A stretch of 61,296 nucleotides of DNA, from positions 1 through 61,296 of the forward strand of contig JBMFKS010000004.1 of the NCBI GenBank assembly GCA_049972045.1. The letters are read 5' to 3'. The notes beneath the pieces were generated by a model, which saw nothing but the letters and a program-made list of their open reading frames with translations, had not been told where the DNA came from and searched no databases. Both the position numbers and the translations under genes were made by a program. Below, one piece after another: positions 17,975 through 27,316 of the stretch; within the stretch, counting starts at the first letter, position 1, and every line of letters begins with the position of its first letter. This DNA comes from Anaerolineae bacterium (lineage in GTDB: Bacteria > Chloroflexota > Anaerolineae > B4-G1 > DUEL01).

Positions 17975-18688
17975 ATGGCGCTTTTGAGTGTGGAAAACCT
18001 GCACGTCTCATACGGAGCGATCCGGGCCCTGCATGGCATCTCGTTCCATGTGGATAAAGGGGAGATCGTCACCCTGATCGGCGCCAACGGGGCTGGGAAG
18101 TCCACCACCCTGCGCACCATCTCCGGCCTTCTCTTGGCGGACCGGGGGAAAATCGTCTACGACGGGACGGACATCACCAACATCGGCGCCGACCAGATTG
18201 TGCGAATGGGCATCGTCCAGGTGCCGGAAGGACGCAAGATTTTCGCCCCGCTGACCGTGCGGGAGAATCTGGAGATGGGGGCCTTTACCCGGAAGGACAA
18301 ACGGGAAATTGAGGAAAGCATGGAGTTCGTCTTCAGCATTTTCCCCCGCCTGCGGGAACGGGCAGAGCAAATGGGCGGCACCCTCTCCGGCGGGGAGCAA
18401 CAGATGCTGGCGGTGGCCCGCGCGCTGATGGCAAAGCCTCGCTTGCTGCTGATGGACGAGCCCTCTATGGGCCTGGCCCCCATCCTGGTGGAGGAGATTT
18501 TCAACACTATCCAGCGGATCAACCAGGAAGGGGTCACCATCCTGCTGGTAGAGCAGAACGCCCATATGGCGCTCTCGGTGGCCCATCGGGGCTACGTGCT
18601 GGAGACGGGCGCCATCCAAATGGAAGGAACGGCAGCGGAACTGCGGGATAACCCGCGCGTCCGGGAGGCTTACCTGGGCGGCGATTGA
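17975..18688 (+). CDS. livF: branched-chain amino acid ABC transporter ATP-binding protein
   Basis: Start MALLSVENLHVSYG after GAGGAGG. Walker A GANGAGKST, signature LSGGEQQMLAVARAL, Walker B LLMDEP. Confidence 0.9.
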   Translation: MALLSVENLHVSYGAIRALHGISFHVDKGEIVTLIGANGAGKSTTLRTISGLLLADRGKIVYDGTDITNIGADQIVRMGIVQVPEGRKIFAPLTVRENLEMGAFTRKDKREIEESMEFVFSIFPRLRERAEQMGGTLSGGEQQMLAVARALMAKPRLLLMDEPSMGLAPILVEEIFNTIQRINQEGVTILLVEQNAHMALSVAHRGYVLETGAIQMEGTAAELRDNPRVREAYLGGD

Positions 18689-18692
18689 CCAT

Positions 18693-19055
18693 TTGACAAT
18701 TTCCCCAAACCGGCTATAATATCTCAAAGCCCGACGTGGGGCATAGGCCACAAGTCGGCAGTCAATAACAGAGCGACAACCTGAAGGTCCAACGTGTTGA
18801 CCGGGACGAGTACCGGCCTGAGAAGGCTTCAGAGAGGGAGGGTCGGAGGCTGAGAGCCCTCCCGCCGGACGGTCGGGAAAACCCCCCGGGAGCGGGCCCC
18901 GGAAAGGGGGGTTCCCCCGAGTATGGGGCTCCGGGCCAGGCCCGTTACAGCCTCAGAGGGCGGTCGGCGCCCCTTCCAATGGGCCGACCGAACCTGGGTG
19001 GAACCACGTGGGGATAAAGAAAACCCCCGCGCCCCAGGGCGCGGGGGTTTTTTTC
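18693..19055 (+). promoter_or_regulatory. promoter plus T-box riboswitch leader (Thr specifier ACC) of thrS
   Basis: TTGACA (18693-18698), 16 nt, TATAAT (18715-18720). Stem I has GACGAGUA and CAGAGAG. The specifier loop is GAAA-ACC-C (ACC at 18881-18883) and the T-box core is GGGUGGAACCACG (about 18996-19008). Terminator CCCCCGCGCCC..GGGCGCGGGGG plus T7 at 19024-19054. Confidence 0.85.
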
Positions 19056-19094
19056 GTTCCGCCCTGTATCGCGCACCTTGTATCCTCTCCCTAA

Positions 19095-19238
19095 CTTGAC
19101 ATTGTTAGATTCCAGGCCAAGTGTCATTGCGAGGAGCGGAGCGACGAAGCAATCTCCACCGTTACTTGCATTTGAAGGCGGGAGATTGCTTCGCTACGCT
19201 CGCAATGACATCCTTTGTTGGGCTATGACAGCGAATTT
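19095..19238 (+). repeat. MITE-D copy (GTCATTGCGAG...GAAGCAATCTCC long-hairpin element), right TIR truncated
   Basis: About 90% identical to the reverse complement of the full 157-bp copy at 54944-55100. It lies between the T-box terminator and the thrS SD. Confidence 0.85.
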
Positions 19239-19254
19239 AAAAAAGGAGGCCGAA

Positions 19255-21048
19255 ATGTCCGAACATACCCAAAACGACCATCTGCTGCGCATCCGCCACT
19301 CCGCGTCGCACGTGATGGCCCAGGCCGTCCTGGAGAAATTCCCGGGGGCCAAACTGGCCATCGGGCCAGCGATTGAGACCGGCTTCTACTACGACTTTGA
19401 CCTCCCCCGCCCGCTCACCCCGGAGGACCTGGCAGAGATTGAGGCCCGGATGCGGGAGATCATCGCCGAAGGGTACGACTTCGTCTACCAGGAGATCAGC
19501 GAGGAGGAGGCCCGCCGCCTCTTCGCCGACCAGCCCTACAAACTGGAACTGATAGAAGGCATCCTGGCAGGCGGCGTGGACGAAGACGGCAACCCCACCG
19601 AGGAGCGGCCCGTCCTCTCCATCTACCGCCACGGCCCCTTCGTGGACCTCTGCCGGGGGCCCCATGTCGCCAACACCCGGGAGATCAACCCGGACGCAGT
19701 GAAACTGCTCAGCGTCGCCGGGGCGTACTGGCGGGGGGACGAGCGGCGGCCCATGCTCCAGCGCATCTACGGCACCGCCTGGGAGACGCCGGAGGACCTG
19801 CAAGCCTACCTGGCCTGGCGGGAGGAGGTGGAGCGGCGGGACCACCGGCGGCTCATCAAGGAACTGGACCTCATCAGTTTCCACGAGGAGGGCGGCGCCG
19901 GCCTGGCCTACTGGCACCCCAAGGGAGGCCGCATCCGCCAAATCATTGAGGACCACTGGCGCGCCCGACACCGGGAGGGTGGCTACGAAATCGTCTATAC
20001 CCCCCACATCGGGCGGGCCCAACTCTGGGAACGTTCCGGACACCTTCAGTTCTACAAGGAGAACATGTATGCCCCCATAGACATTGAGGGGGTCCAGTAC
20101 TACCTGAAGCCGATGAACTGTCCCTTCCACATCCTCATCTACAAGACCCGGACCCGCTCCTACCGGGACCTGCCGCTACGCTGGGCGGAACTGGGGACGG
20201 TCTACCGCTTTGAGCGCAGCGGTGTCCTCCACGGTCTCCTGCGCGTGCGCGGCTTCACGCAGGACGACGCCCACATCTTCTGCACGCCGGAGCAGATAGA
20301 GGACGAAATTCTGGGCGTGCTGGACTTCAGCCTAAGCCTCCTGCGGGACTTCGGCTTTGAGGACTACCAGATAGAACTGAGCGTGCGCGACCCCCGAATG
20401 CCGGAGAAGTACGCGGGGAGCGATGAGATGTGGGAACAGGCGGAGCGCTCCCTGGTCAAGGCGCTGGAGGCCCGGAATCTCCCCTACAAGCGCATGGAGG
20501 GCGAGGCCGTCTTCTACGGGCCCAAGATTGACATCAAAATCAAAGATGCGCTGGGCCGGGCCTGGCAGTGCACGACCATCCAGTTTGACTTCAACGTGCC
20601 GGAGCGGTTTGACCTGACCTTCCGGGACCGGGACGGGCAGGAGCGGCGGCCCTACATGGTCCATCGGGCGCTCTTGGGGAGTCTGGAGCGCTTCTTCGGC
20701 GTACTGGTGGAGCACTACGGCGGCGCGTTCCCGGTCTGGCTGGCGCCCGTCCAGGCGGTGGTCATCCCCATCGCGGACCGGCATGGGGACTACGCCTGGG
20801 AGGTGGCGCGAAGGCTGAAGGCGGCCAGTCTGCGGGTGGAGGTCAACGACTCCCCTGAGCGGATGCAGGCCAAAATCCGCGATGCTCAACTGGAGAAAAT
20901 CCCCTATATGCTGGTCGTGGGCGACCGGGAGATGCAGAACGGGGAGGTCAACCTGCGCCGCCGGGACGGCGAGGTTCCCGGGGCGATGTCGGTGGAGGCC
21001 TTCATCGCGATGGCCCAGGAAGCCATCCGGGAGCGACGGTTGCTATAG
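19255..21048 (+). CDS. thrS: threonyl-tRNA synthetase (no N-terminal TGS domain)
   Basis: ATG at 19255 follows AGGAGG (19244-19249); 597 aa. Begins at the editing domain (RHSASHVMAQAV..GFYYDFDL). The ORF-track start at 19078 lies in MITE DNA. Confidence 0.92.
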   Translation: MSEHTQNDHLLRIRHSASHVMAQAVLEKFPGAKLAIGPAIETGFYYDFDLPRPLTPEDLAEIEARMREIIAEGYDFVYQEISEEEARRLFADQPYKLELIEGILAGGVDEDGNPTEERPVLSIYRHGPFVDLCRGPHVANTREINPDAVKLLSVAGAYWRGDERRPMLQRIYGTAWETPEDLQAYLAWREEVERRDHRRLIKELDLISFHEEGGAGLAYWHPKGGRIRQIIEDHWRARHREGGYEIVYTPHIGRAQLWERSGHLQFYKENMYAPIDIEGVQYYLKPMNCPFHILIYKTRTRSYRDLPLRWAELGTVYRFERSGVLHGLLRVRGFTQDDAHIFCTPEQIEDEILGVLDFSLSLLRDFGFEDYQIELSVRDPRMPEKYAGSDEMWEQAERSLVKALEARNLPYKRMEGEAVFYGPKIDIKIKDALGRAWQCTTIQFDFNVPERFDLTFRDRDGQERRPYMVHRALLGSLERFFGVLVEHYGGAFPVWLAPVQAVVIPIADRHGDYAWEVARRLKAASLRVEVNDSPERMQAKIRDAQLEKIPYMLVVGDREMQNGEVNLRRRDGEVPGAMSVEAFIAMAQEAIRERRLL

Positions 21049-21051
21049 GGG

Positions 21052-21180
21052 CAACCCTTCGGGGCGAGCCTTATCGGCCCCGCCGCGCCACGCCTCGGCG
21101 CGTGGCGCGCCGAGGCCTTGGGCCGAGGGCCCCGCGGCCCGAGGGCGAGCGGCCTTCGGTCCGAGGGCGTGGCGGTTGCT
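21052..21180. repeat. GC-rich palindromic repeat array
   Basis: GCGCCACGCCTCGGCGCGTGGCGCGCCGAGGCCTTGGGCCGAGGGCC... recurs at 10790-10860 (reversed) and 32245-32330. Confidence 0.8.
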
Positions 21181-21182
21181 CC

Positions 21183-23102
21183 CTACACCTCTATCATCGC
21201 GCAGCCGGCTGGGGGCCATTCCGCTTCCAGGCGGCCCTCCTCCAGTCTCCATCGCGTGCCGCTGAGCAGGTCGGCGACAGCGGGGCGAGACGTGGGCAGG
21301 CGAAGGGAGAACCGCCGCGCCGCATTCACATCCAAGTTGACCACCAGGGCCAGCCCCTCGTCGCCCCGCCGCCGGACAATGGCCCATACCAGCGGGTCCG
21401 TGCTTTCCAGCAAGATGAAGGTAGTGGGGTCCGGGTCGGCGATCAGGCCGGCATAGCGGGCGCGGATTTCCAGCGTGCGGCCAATCCACTCCACCAGATT
21501 GGGCTCGTTCTCCCACCCGTAGGCCACAGCGCTGAAGAGGGCCAGCCGTTCCGGAGGATAATCGGGCAGTTCCGCGCGCGTGAAATCCAGGCCGGTGTTG
21601 ACGGGGACCGTCTCGGCCAGTTCCAGACCGGAATGGCAGAAGGGAATAGCGGGGAGGATACATCCCAGGGCCCAGGCCATCCGGGCCGCCGCCAGGCCGC
21701 CGGGGCGGACCGCCGCGCGGGGCGTGTTGTGGCTCTCCGGCCCGGCGAAGAAGGGCAGCGGTAACCCCGTCTGGGCCAGCGGGCGCAGGATGCCGTTGAT
21801 CAGATGCTCCGGCCGCCAGACCGCCCACCAGTAGTTGCCGATGACGGCATTATACCCCTCTTCCACCAGCCCCTGGTCGTAGGAGAAAGTCTCGTCCCAG
21901 AAGGCGAACTCCGGGTGGACCGCGCGGGCCGCTTCCACGATGCGCCGCTTCAGGTCCGGCGGCAGCGCGTGGCCCATATCTATCATCGCGCCGTCTATCC
22001 CGAACCGGCGGCAATAGGAGGGCAGAATCTCCACAATCCGCTCCCAGAGCGGCTCCACCCGGTTCTCCGGTCGGGCCAGCCGGGCATCATACATGCGGAC
22101 CGTGTTGTAGGCGATGTAGTTGAAGTCCGGGTGGTCGTAGAGGCGCAGATAGGTGACGTCGGTCCAGGGCGGCTGAGGGTCGTCCGGGGGCCAGTCGGCG
22201 AAGGCGCCGGGGATGCGGACGCGCATCCCGTCGGGCAGGACGCCGATCCAGCGGACCCCCTCTTTGTGGACGGACTCCGGCGGCGGGGGCGGGGTGAACA
22301 TCTGCCGGTAGACGGGATGGGGCGGGATGAGGTCGGCCCGTTCCCCCCGGGCCACCCGTCCTTTGATGATGGCCAGTTCCTCCGGGGTAAAGACCGGCGC
22401 GCCGTAGGCGTCCTCCCGCCGGTCGTCGGGGGCGCGATCGGGGATGTCGGCCCGAATCCAGTAGAACCACTCCGGGTGTTCGGCGGCCCAATCGGCATCC
22501 AGCGACGCGGTCCGGAAGACGAACTCCACTACCACCCGCATGCCCAGGTGATGAGCGGCCTGGACGAACGCGGCGAATTCCTCCTCCGGCTCCAGCCCCA
22601 GGGCCGGCTCCGCCAGCCGGTTGTCCAGCCGGTAGGGGTTACGGATGGCGTAGACGGAGCCCAGATTCCCCTTGTGCCCGTCCACCCCGACGGCAGTAAC
22701 CGGCAGCAAGTGAACGGTGTTGAATCCCAGCGCTCGCAAGGCAGGGAGGAGCGCGATGGCTTTGAGAAACGTGCCCGTTTCCTGCCAGCCGTCGCCGATG
22801 GGTTCCAGGGAGAGGGCACCGTCGCCGTCGTGGTCAAAGGCGGTCGTCGCCCGCACCAGGAGGTTGTAGACGACGGACTGGCGGGACCAGGCTCCATCCG
22901 GTCCCCCCAGGAGCGGTGTCGGAGGCTGGTGGAGAATCTCCTCCACCCGCTCCAGGTAGAACCGGTAGGGGTTGACGGTCCGGCGGGTCGGCGGACCGGC
23001 GGGGTCCGTCCAGAGGCTGGGAACCGCATACGGGGGATCGTCCCCTTTGCCCAGGGCAACGGCCTGGGCCAGGCGGTCGCGCAGAAGAAGCAGGGATTGC
23101 AT
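21183..23102 (-). CDS. alpha-amylase family (GH13-like) glycoside hydrolase
   Basis: 639 aa with GFNTVHLLPV, GMRVVVEFVFRT and GIDGAMIDMGHALP blocks resembling GH13 conserved regions. Substrate is unknown. Confidence 0.65.
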   Translation of the reverse strand: MQSLLLLRDRLAQAVALGKGDDPPYAVPSLWTDPAGPPTRRTVNPYRFYLERVEEILHQPPTPLLGGPDGAWSRQSVVYNLLVRATTAFDHDGDGALSLEPIGDGWQETGTFLKAIALLPALRALGFNTVHLLPVTAVGVDGHKGNLGSVYAIRNPYRLDNRLAEPALGLEPEEEFAAFVQAAHHLGMRVVVEFVFRTASLDADWAAEHPEWFYWIRADIPDRAPDDRREDAYGAPVFTPEELAIIKGRVARGERADLIPPHPVYRQMFTPPPPPESVHKEGVRWIGVLPDGMRVRIPGAFADWPPDDPQPPWTDVTYLRLYDHPDFNYIAYNTVRMYDARLARPENRVEPLWERIVEILPSYCRRFGIDGAMIDMGHALPPDLKRRIVEAARAVHPEFAFWDETFSYDQGLVEEGYNAVIGNYWWAVWRPEHLINGILRPLAQTGLPLPFFAGPESHNTPRAAVRPGGLAAARMAWALGCILPAIPFCHSGLELAETVPVNTGLDFTRAELPDYPPERLALFSAVAYGWENEPNLVEWIGRTLEIRARYAGLIADPDPTTFILLESTDPLVWAIVRRRGDEGLALVVNLDVNAARRFSLRLPTSRPAVADLLSGTRWRLEEGRLEAEWPPAGCAMIEV

Positions 23103-23376
23103 GGGCGATGTTCCTTTCCAACAAGGTCAATCCACGAAGGACACGAAGAATCACGAAGGAATTGATTTCCAGAAAGGATTATACCTGAAAATTGTGAGTG
23201 CGCCAAAGAGGGATGAATGGGGGGCGGCGGCCTTCGGCCGCCGCCCCCCTCTTCTCCGGGGGTCTTGCCTTCTCCACCAGTTGGAGTATAATGAGGACGC
23301 TTCGCCCCCCCAGCCACAGGCCTCCACGCATCGCGCGGCGACATTCCATCACCCCGGTGAAGCCAGAGCAAGGATT

Positions 23377-24096
23377 ATGGAAGGCCATATTTTGCTCGTA
23401 GAGGGGGAACGGGCCGCCCGGACATCCTGCGCGCCCATCCTGGAAGAACAAGGCTTTCGGGTGGAGCGGGCGCATACCCGGCGCGCCGCCTGCACGGCAC
23501 TGGAAACCACGCCTCCGGACCTACTGGTCATAGACACCCGATATCTGCGCTTTGACGGGCTGCAGTTCTGCGAAGCGCTGAGTGCCAACGAGAACCACAT
23601 TCCCATCCTGCTGATCGTCCCGGAGGACCAGAAACGGCCCCATTATCCCGGCGTGGCCGTGTTACGGGGGACTCCCACGACGCGCAAACTGCTCAACCGG
23701 TTGAAACGCCTGCTCTCCCCGCCGGGCGACCACCTGCTGAGGGCCGGAGACCTGACTCTGGACCTTCAGCGACGGGTGGTCATCCGGAGAGGCGAGGAGC
23801 ACCGCCTGACTCCCCGACAGGCCCGATTGCTGGAAACTTTTATGCGGAACAACGGTCGGGTCCTGACCCGTGCGTTTTTGATGAAAGAAGTCTGGGAAAC
23901 CGACTATTTAGACGATACCCGCACGCTGGAAGTCCATGTTCACTGGTTACGGAAGATAATAGAAGAAGACCCTCACCATCCCCGATGCCTGACGACGGTG
24001 CGGAAAGTGGGCTATTGTTTCAAAGCCCCGCCCTCTTCAGTCATCCGTCGGCAGTCGGACTCTTCTCAGGAGGTGAAAAATCGCCAGACCCGTTGA
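23377..24096 (+). CDS. OmpR/PhoB-type response regulator with an atypical receiver domain
   Basis: The winged-helix output is LTPRQARLLETFMRNNGRVLTRAFLMKEVW..TLEVHVHWLRKI. The receiver keeps D in LLVIDT, but the acidic pair is EG and the conserved T and K positions look substituted. Confidence 0.8.
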   Translation: MEGHILLVEGERAARTSCAPILEEQGFRVERAHTRRAACTALETTPPDLLVIDTRYLRFDGLQFCEALSANENHIPILLIVPEDQKRPHYPGVAVLRGTPTTRKLLNRLKRLLSPPGDHLLRAGDLTLDLQRRVVIRRGEEHRLTPRQARLLETFMRNNGRVLTRAFLMKEVWETDYLDDTRTLEVHVHWLRKIIEEDPHHPRCLTTVRKVGYCFKAPPSSVIRRQSDSSQEVKNRQTR

Positions 24097-24136
24097 ACCC
24101 ACCGGTCCCCTTCGCGAGCGGGCCATCCTGGTCGGT

Positions 24137-25393
24137 GTGGACTGGAAGGTGCCGGGCGACTCGCCCGATGGTGCCTGGCCGGTAGAGGCGTCGTTGGAGG
24201 AACTGGCCCAACTGGCCCGGACGGCGGGCCTGGAAGTGGTGGGGCAGGTCACCCAGCGGCTGGAACGGCCCAACCCGGCCACATTCATCGGTCCGGGGAA
24301 GGTGGAAGAACTGGTGGAACGGGTGGCCGAAACGGCAGCCAATGTGGTCGTCTTTGACGAGGAACTCTCCCCCCGCCATCAGCGGGAACTGGAGAAGGCG
24401 CTGGGCGAGGGGGTCAAGGTGCTGGACCGCACGGCGCTGATTCTGGACATTTTCGCCCAGCACGCCCAGACGCGCGAGGGCGCGTTGCAGGTGGAACTGG
24501 CCCAGTATGAGTACCGCCTGCCGCGCCTGACCCGGGCCTGGACCCACCTGGCCCGGCAGGCCGGTGGGCGGGCCGGCGGCGCGACGGGCGGCGTGGGGGT
24601 GCGCGGCCCCGGCGAGACCCAGTTGGAGACCGACCGCCGGGTCATCCGGCGGCGCATCGCCCACCTGAAAGCCGAACTGGAGGAAGTGCGGGCCCACCGC
24701 AGCCGCTACCGGGCCCGGCGACGTCGGGAGGGTATCCCGGTCGTCTCCATCGTCGGCTACACCAACGCCGGCAAGTCCACCCTCCTGAACGCGCTTGCGG
24801 ACGCCGGGGTCCTGGTGGAGGACAAACTGTTCGCCACGCTGGACCCGACCACCCGACGAGTGCGGCTCCCCGGCGGGAGGACCGTCCTCTTCACCGACAC
24901 CGTCGGCTTCATTCAGAAACTACCGACCCATCTGGTCGCCGCCTTCCGGGCCACTCTGGAGGAGGTAGGGGAGTCAGATTTGCTTCTCCACGTCCTGGAC
25001 GTCACCCACCCCCAGGCCCGTCGTCAGGCGGAAGCGGTCCTGGAAACCCTGGAAACCATCGGCGCGGCGGGAAAGCCTATGGTAACCGCCCTGAACAAGG
25101 TGGACCGTCTGACCGACCCCGAAGAAGCCCTGGCCCTGGCCTCGGAGTTGCCCAACCCGGTGCTGATCTCGGCGCTCCGGGGGGACGGCCTCCCCGCCCT
25201 CCTGGAAAAAGTGGAAAGTGTTCTAAGGAAAGACCTGGTGCGGGTAAACGTGGTTCTGCCCTTTGACCGGGGCGACCTGCTCCAGTTAATTCGCGAGCAG
25301 GGGGTTGTGGAGTCGCAAACCCCCACCGGGCGCGGGCTGCGGGTGGTCGCGATGGTGCCCCCGCGCCTGGCCGGTCTGCTGGGTGCAGACTGA
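24137..25393 (+). CDS. hflX: GTPase HflX (annotated from the first canonical start; the true start is probably upstream)
   Basis: G-domain GYTNAGKSTLLNAL, DTVGF and NKVD, with HflX N-domain blocks. The conserved ERAILVGV is encoded in frame upstream of GTG 24137. Confidence 0.85.
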   Translation: MDWKVPGDSPDGAWPVEASLEELAQLARTAGLEVVGQVTQRLERPNPATFIGPGKVEELVERVAETAANVVVFDEELSPRHQRELEKALGEGVKVLDRTALILDIFAQHAQTREGALQVELAQYEYRLPRLTRAWTHLARQAGGRAGGATGGVGVRGPGETQLETDRRVIRRRIAHLKAELEEVRAHRSRYRARRRREGIPVVSIVGYTNAGKSTLLNALADAGVLVEDKLFATLDPTTRRVRLPGGRTVLFTDTVGFIQKLPTHLVAAFRATLEEVGESDLLLHVLDVTHPQARRQAEAVLETLETIGAAGKPMVTALNKVDRLTDPEEALALASELPNPVLISALRGDGLPALLEKVESVLRKDLVRVNVVLPFDRGDLLQLIREQGVVESQTPTGRGLRVVAMVPPRLAGLLGAD

Positions 25394-25396
25394 AAC

Positions 25397-25424
25397 GTAG
25401 GGCAACTGCTCGCCGTTGCCCTAC
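25397..25424. repeat. solo GTAGGGCAACTGC hairpin (MITE-2 core)
   Basis: GTAGGGCAACTGCTCGCCGTTGCCCTAC lies 4 nt after the hflX stop. Confidence 0.8.
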
Positions 25425-25470
25425 CCGGGCGTTTGACAAGTTCGCGCATCGGAGTATAATATCTTTGCCA

Positions 25471-25553
25471 GCCCCGGTGGCGGAATAGGCATACGCAGCA
25501 GGTTGAGGGCCTGTGCCCGACAGGGCGTGGAGGTTCAAGTCCTCTCCGGGGCA
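25471..25553 (+). tRNA. tRNA-Leu (anticodon GAG), class II with long variable arm; CCA not encoded
   Basis: Acceptor GCCCCGG/CCGGGGC. Anticodon stem GCAGG/CCTGT with loop TTGAGGG, a 13-nt variable arm and a GTTCAAGTC T-loop. Promoter TTGACA (25433-25438), 16 nt, TATAAT (25455-25460). Confidence 0.85.
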
Positions 25554-25556
25554 ACG

Positions 25557-25604
25557 GAACCGTCGCCGCAACCCGAAACGGGTTTGCGGCGACGGTTCTT
25601 TTTT
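25557..25604 (+). terminator. intrinsic terminator after tRNA-Leu
   Basis: About 19-bp stem GAACCGTCGCCGCAACCCG / CGGGTTTGCGGCGACGGTTC followed by T6. Confidence 0.85.
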
Positions 25605-25662
25605 GGGTAAGAAGCAGGGTTGCAGCGGCCCCCACGCCGCAACATTCGCCTCCGGAAGCGCT

Positions 25663-27021
25663 TTACCCCTCCACCACCGGCAGGTCCTTCAGCGCCTCCA
25701 GCACCCGCTCCGCCGGGTATTCGTAGTTCTCCAGTTTCCCGGCGAAGTAACTCTCGTAGGCCCCCATGTCAAAGTGGCCATGCCCGCTGAAGTTGAAGAG
25801 GATGACCCTCTTCTCTCCCGCCTCGCGCGCGGCCAAGGCTTCATCTATCGCCGCCCGGATGGCATGGGCCGTCTCGGGCGCGGGGATGAAGCCCTCGGTG
25901 CGGGCAAACAGGACCGCCGCCTCAAAGACCGTCAGTTGGGGATAGGCGACCGGTTCTATATAGCCGTGCCGATGGAGCGCGGAGACGAGAGGGGCCATGC
26001 CGTGATAGCGCAGTCCTCCCGCATGGATGCCTGCCGGGATGAAAGTGTGCCCCAGCGTGTCCATCTTGGCGATGGGGGCCAGGTGGGCCGTATCGCCGTA
26101 ATCGTAGGCGTAGACCCCCCGGGTCATGCTGGGGCAGGCGGTGGGCTCCACAGCAACGAAGCGGGTGGAGGCGCCGTTCTGGAGCCGGTCCCGCAGGAAG
26201 GGGAAAGCCAGGCCGGCGAAATTGCTCCCCCCGCCCACGCAGCCGATGACCACGTCGGGGTATTCGCCCGCCATCTCCATCTGGAGCCGCGCCTCTTCGC
26301 CGATGACCGTCTGGTGGAGCAGGACGTGGTTGAGGACGCTGCCCAGGGAGTACTTGGTGTCGTCGTGGGTGGCGGCGACCTCCACGGCCTCGCTGATGGC
26401 GATCCCCAGACTGCCCGGCGAATCGGGGTCCCGCTCCAGGATGGATTGCCCCGAACGGGTCTCCGGGCTGGGGCTGGGGACGACGCGCGCCCCCCATGCC
26501 TCCATCAACACCCGGCGGTAGGGCTTCTGGTAGTAACTGACCTTCACCATATAGACCCCACACTCCATCCCGAAGAGGTTGCAGGCGAAGGCCAGGGCGC
26601 TCCCCCACTGCCCGGCGCCCGTTTCGGTGACCAGCCGTTTCACCCCGGCCTCCTTGCTGTAGAAGGCCTGAGCGACAGCGGTGTTGGGCTTGTGGCTACC
26701 CGGCGGGCTGGCCCCTTCGTACTTGTAGTAGATGTGGGCAGGAGTATCCAGGGCCTGCTCCAGTCGCCGGGCCCGGACCAGGGGGGTGGGCCGCCAGAGC
26801 CGGTAGACCTCCCGTACCGGCTCCGGTATCTCCACGTACCGCTCCCGCGTCTCCTCCTGCTCTATCAGCGCATCGCAGAACAGGGGTGGCGGGAGACGGG
26901 TCGGCTCGCGGGTCACCGGATGCAAAAGCGGCGGGACCTCAAAGGGTATATCGGCAACGATGTTGTACCATGCCTTCGGCAGGCGGTCGGGGGGAAGCAG
27001 GAAGCGGTTCTGTTCTTTCAT
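25663..27021 (-). CDS. trpB: TrpB2-type tryptophan synthase beta-like PLP enzyme
   Basis: 452 aa beginning [26 protein letters not shown], with [27 protein letters not shown]. Confidence 0.88.
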   Translation of the reverse strand: MKEQNRFLLPPDRLPKAWYNIVADIPFEVPPLLHPVTREPTRLPPPLFCDALIEQEETRERYVEIPEPVREVYRLWRPTPLVRARRLEQALDTPAHIYYKYEGASPPGSHKPNTAVAQAFYSKEAGVKRLVTETGAGQWGSALAFACNLFGMECGVYMVKVSYYQKPYRRVLMEAWGARVVPSPSPETRSGQSILERDPDSPGSLGIAISEAVEVAATHDDTKYSLGSVLNHVLLHQTVIGEEARLQMEMAGEYPDVVIGCVGGGSNFAGLAFPFLRDRLQNGASTRFVAVEPTACPSMTRGVYAYDYGDTAHLAPIAKMDTLGHTFIPAGIHAGGLRYHGMAPLVSALHRHGYIEPVAYPQLTVFEAAVLFARTEGFIPAPETAHAIRAAIDEALAAREAGEKRVILFNFSGHGHFDMGAYESYFAGKLENYEYPAERVLEALKDLPVVEG

Positions 27022-27073
27022 CTCACACCTCCTTGATTTGGTAGATTAGTAGATTGGTTGTAACTATTCAGGG

Positions 27074-27316
27074 GTCATTGCGAGCCGCCCGCAGGGCGGC
27101 GAAGCAATCTCGGTAGAGCGTCCTGGCGATTGCTTCGGGCGCTCCGCGCCCTCGCAATGACAGACGGGAGGGTAGTGGTTTGTCAAGTTTATGCTTATGG
27201 GTCCGAATTGCCGGCGCGGCCAGGGGCCCATGCAGGCCACAAGTAGGGCAACTGCTCACAGTTGCCCTACTGGAGGGCGCAAAGACCCACAAAAGTGCTG
27301 TTGACAAACCAGTAGG
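27074..27316 (+). repeat. GTCATTGCGAG-family hairpin (27074-27161) plus full MITE-2 copy (27171-27316)
   Basis: TIRs are GGTAGTGGTTTGTCAA and TTGACAAACCAGTAGG, with central hairpin GTAGGGCAACTGCTCACAGTTGCCCTAC. Confidence 0.88.

Noticed and set aside
23219-23249. Perfect 14-bp G/C hairpin GGGGGGCGGCGGCC-TTC-GGCCGCCGCCCCCC between the divergent GH13 and regulator genes, with similar GC hairpins at 28518-28560 and 43158-43186. Considered as a specific regulatory element.
   Set aside because: It has no flanking U-tract and no conserved sequence beyond G/C richness. It is probably a stabilising or terminator-like hairpin or a small repeat, with no evidence for a specific function.
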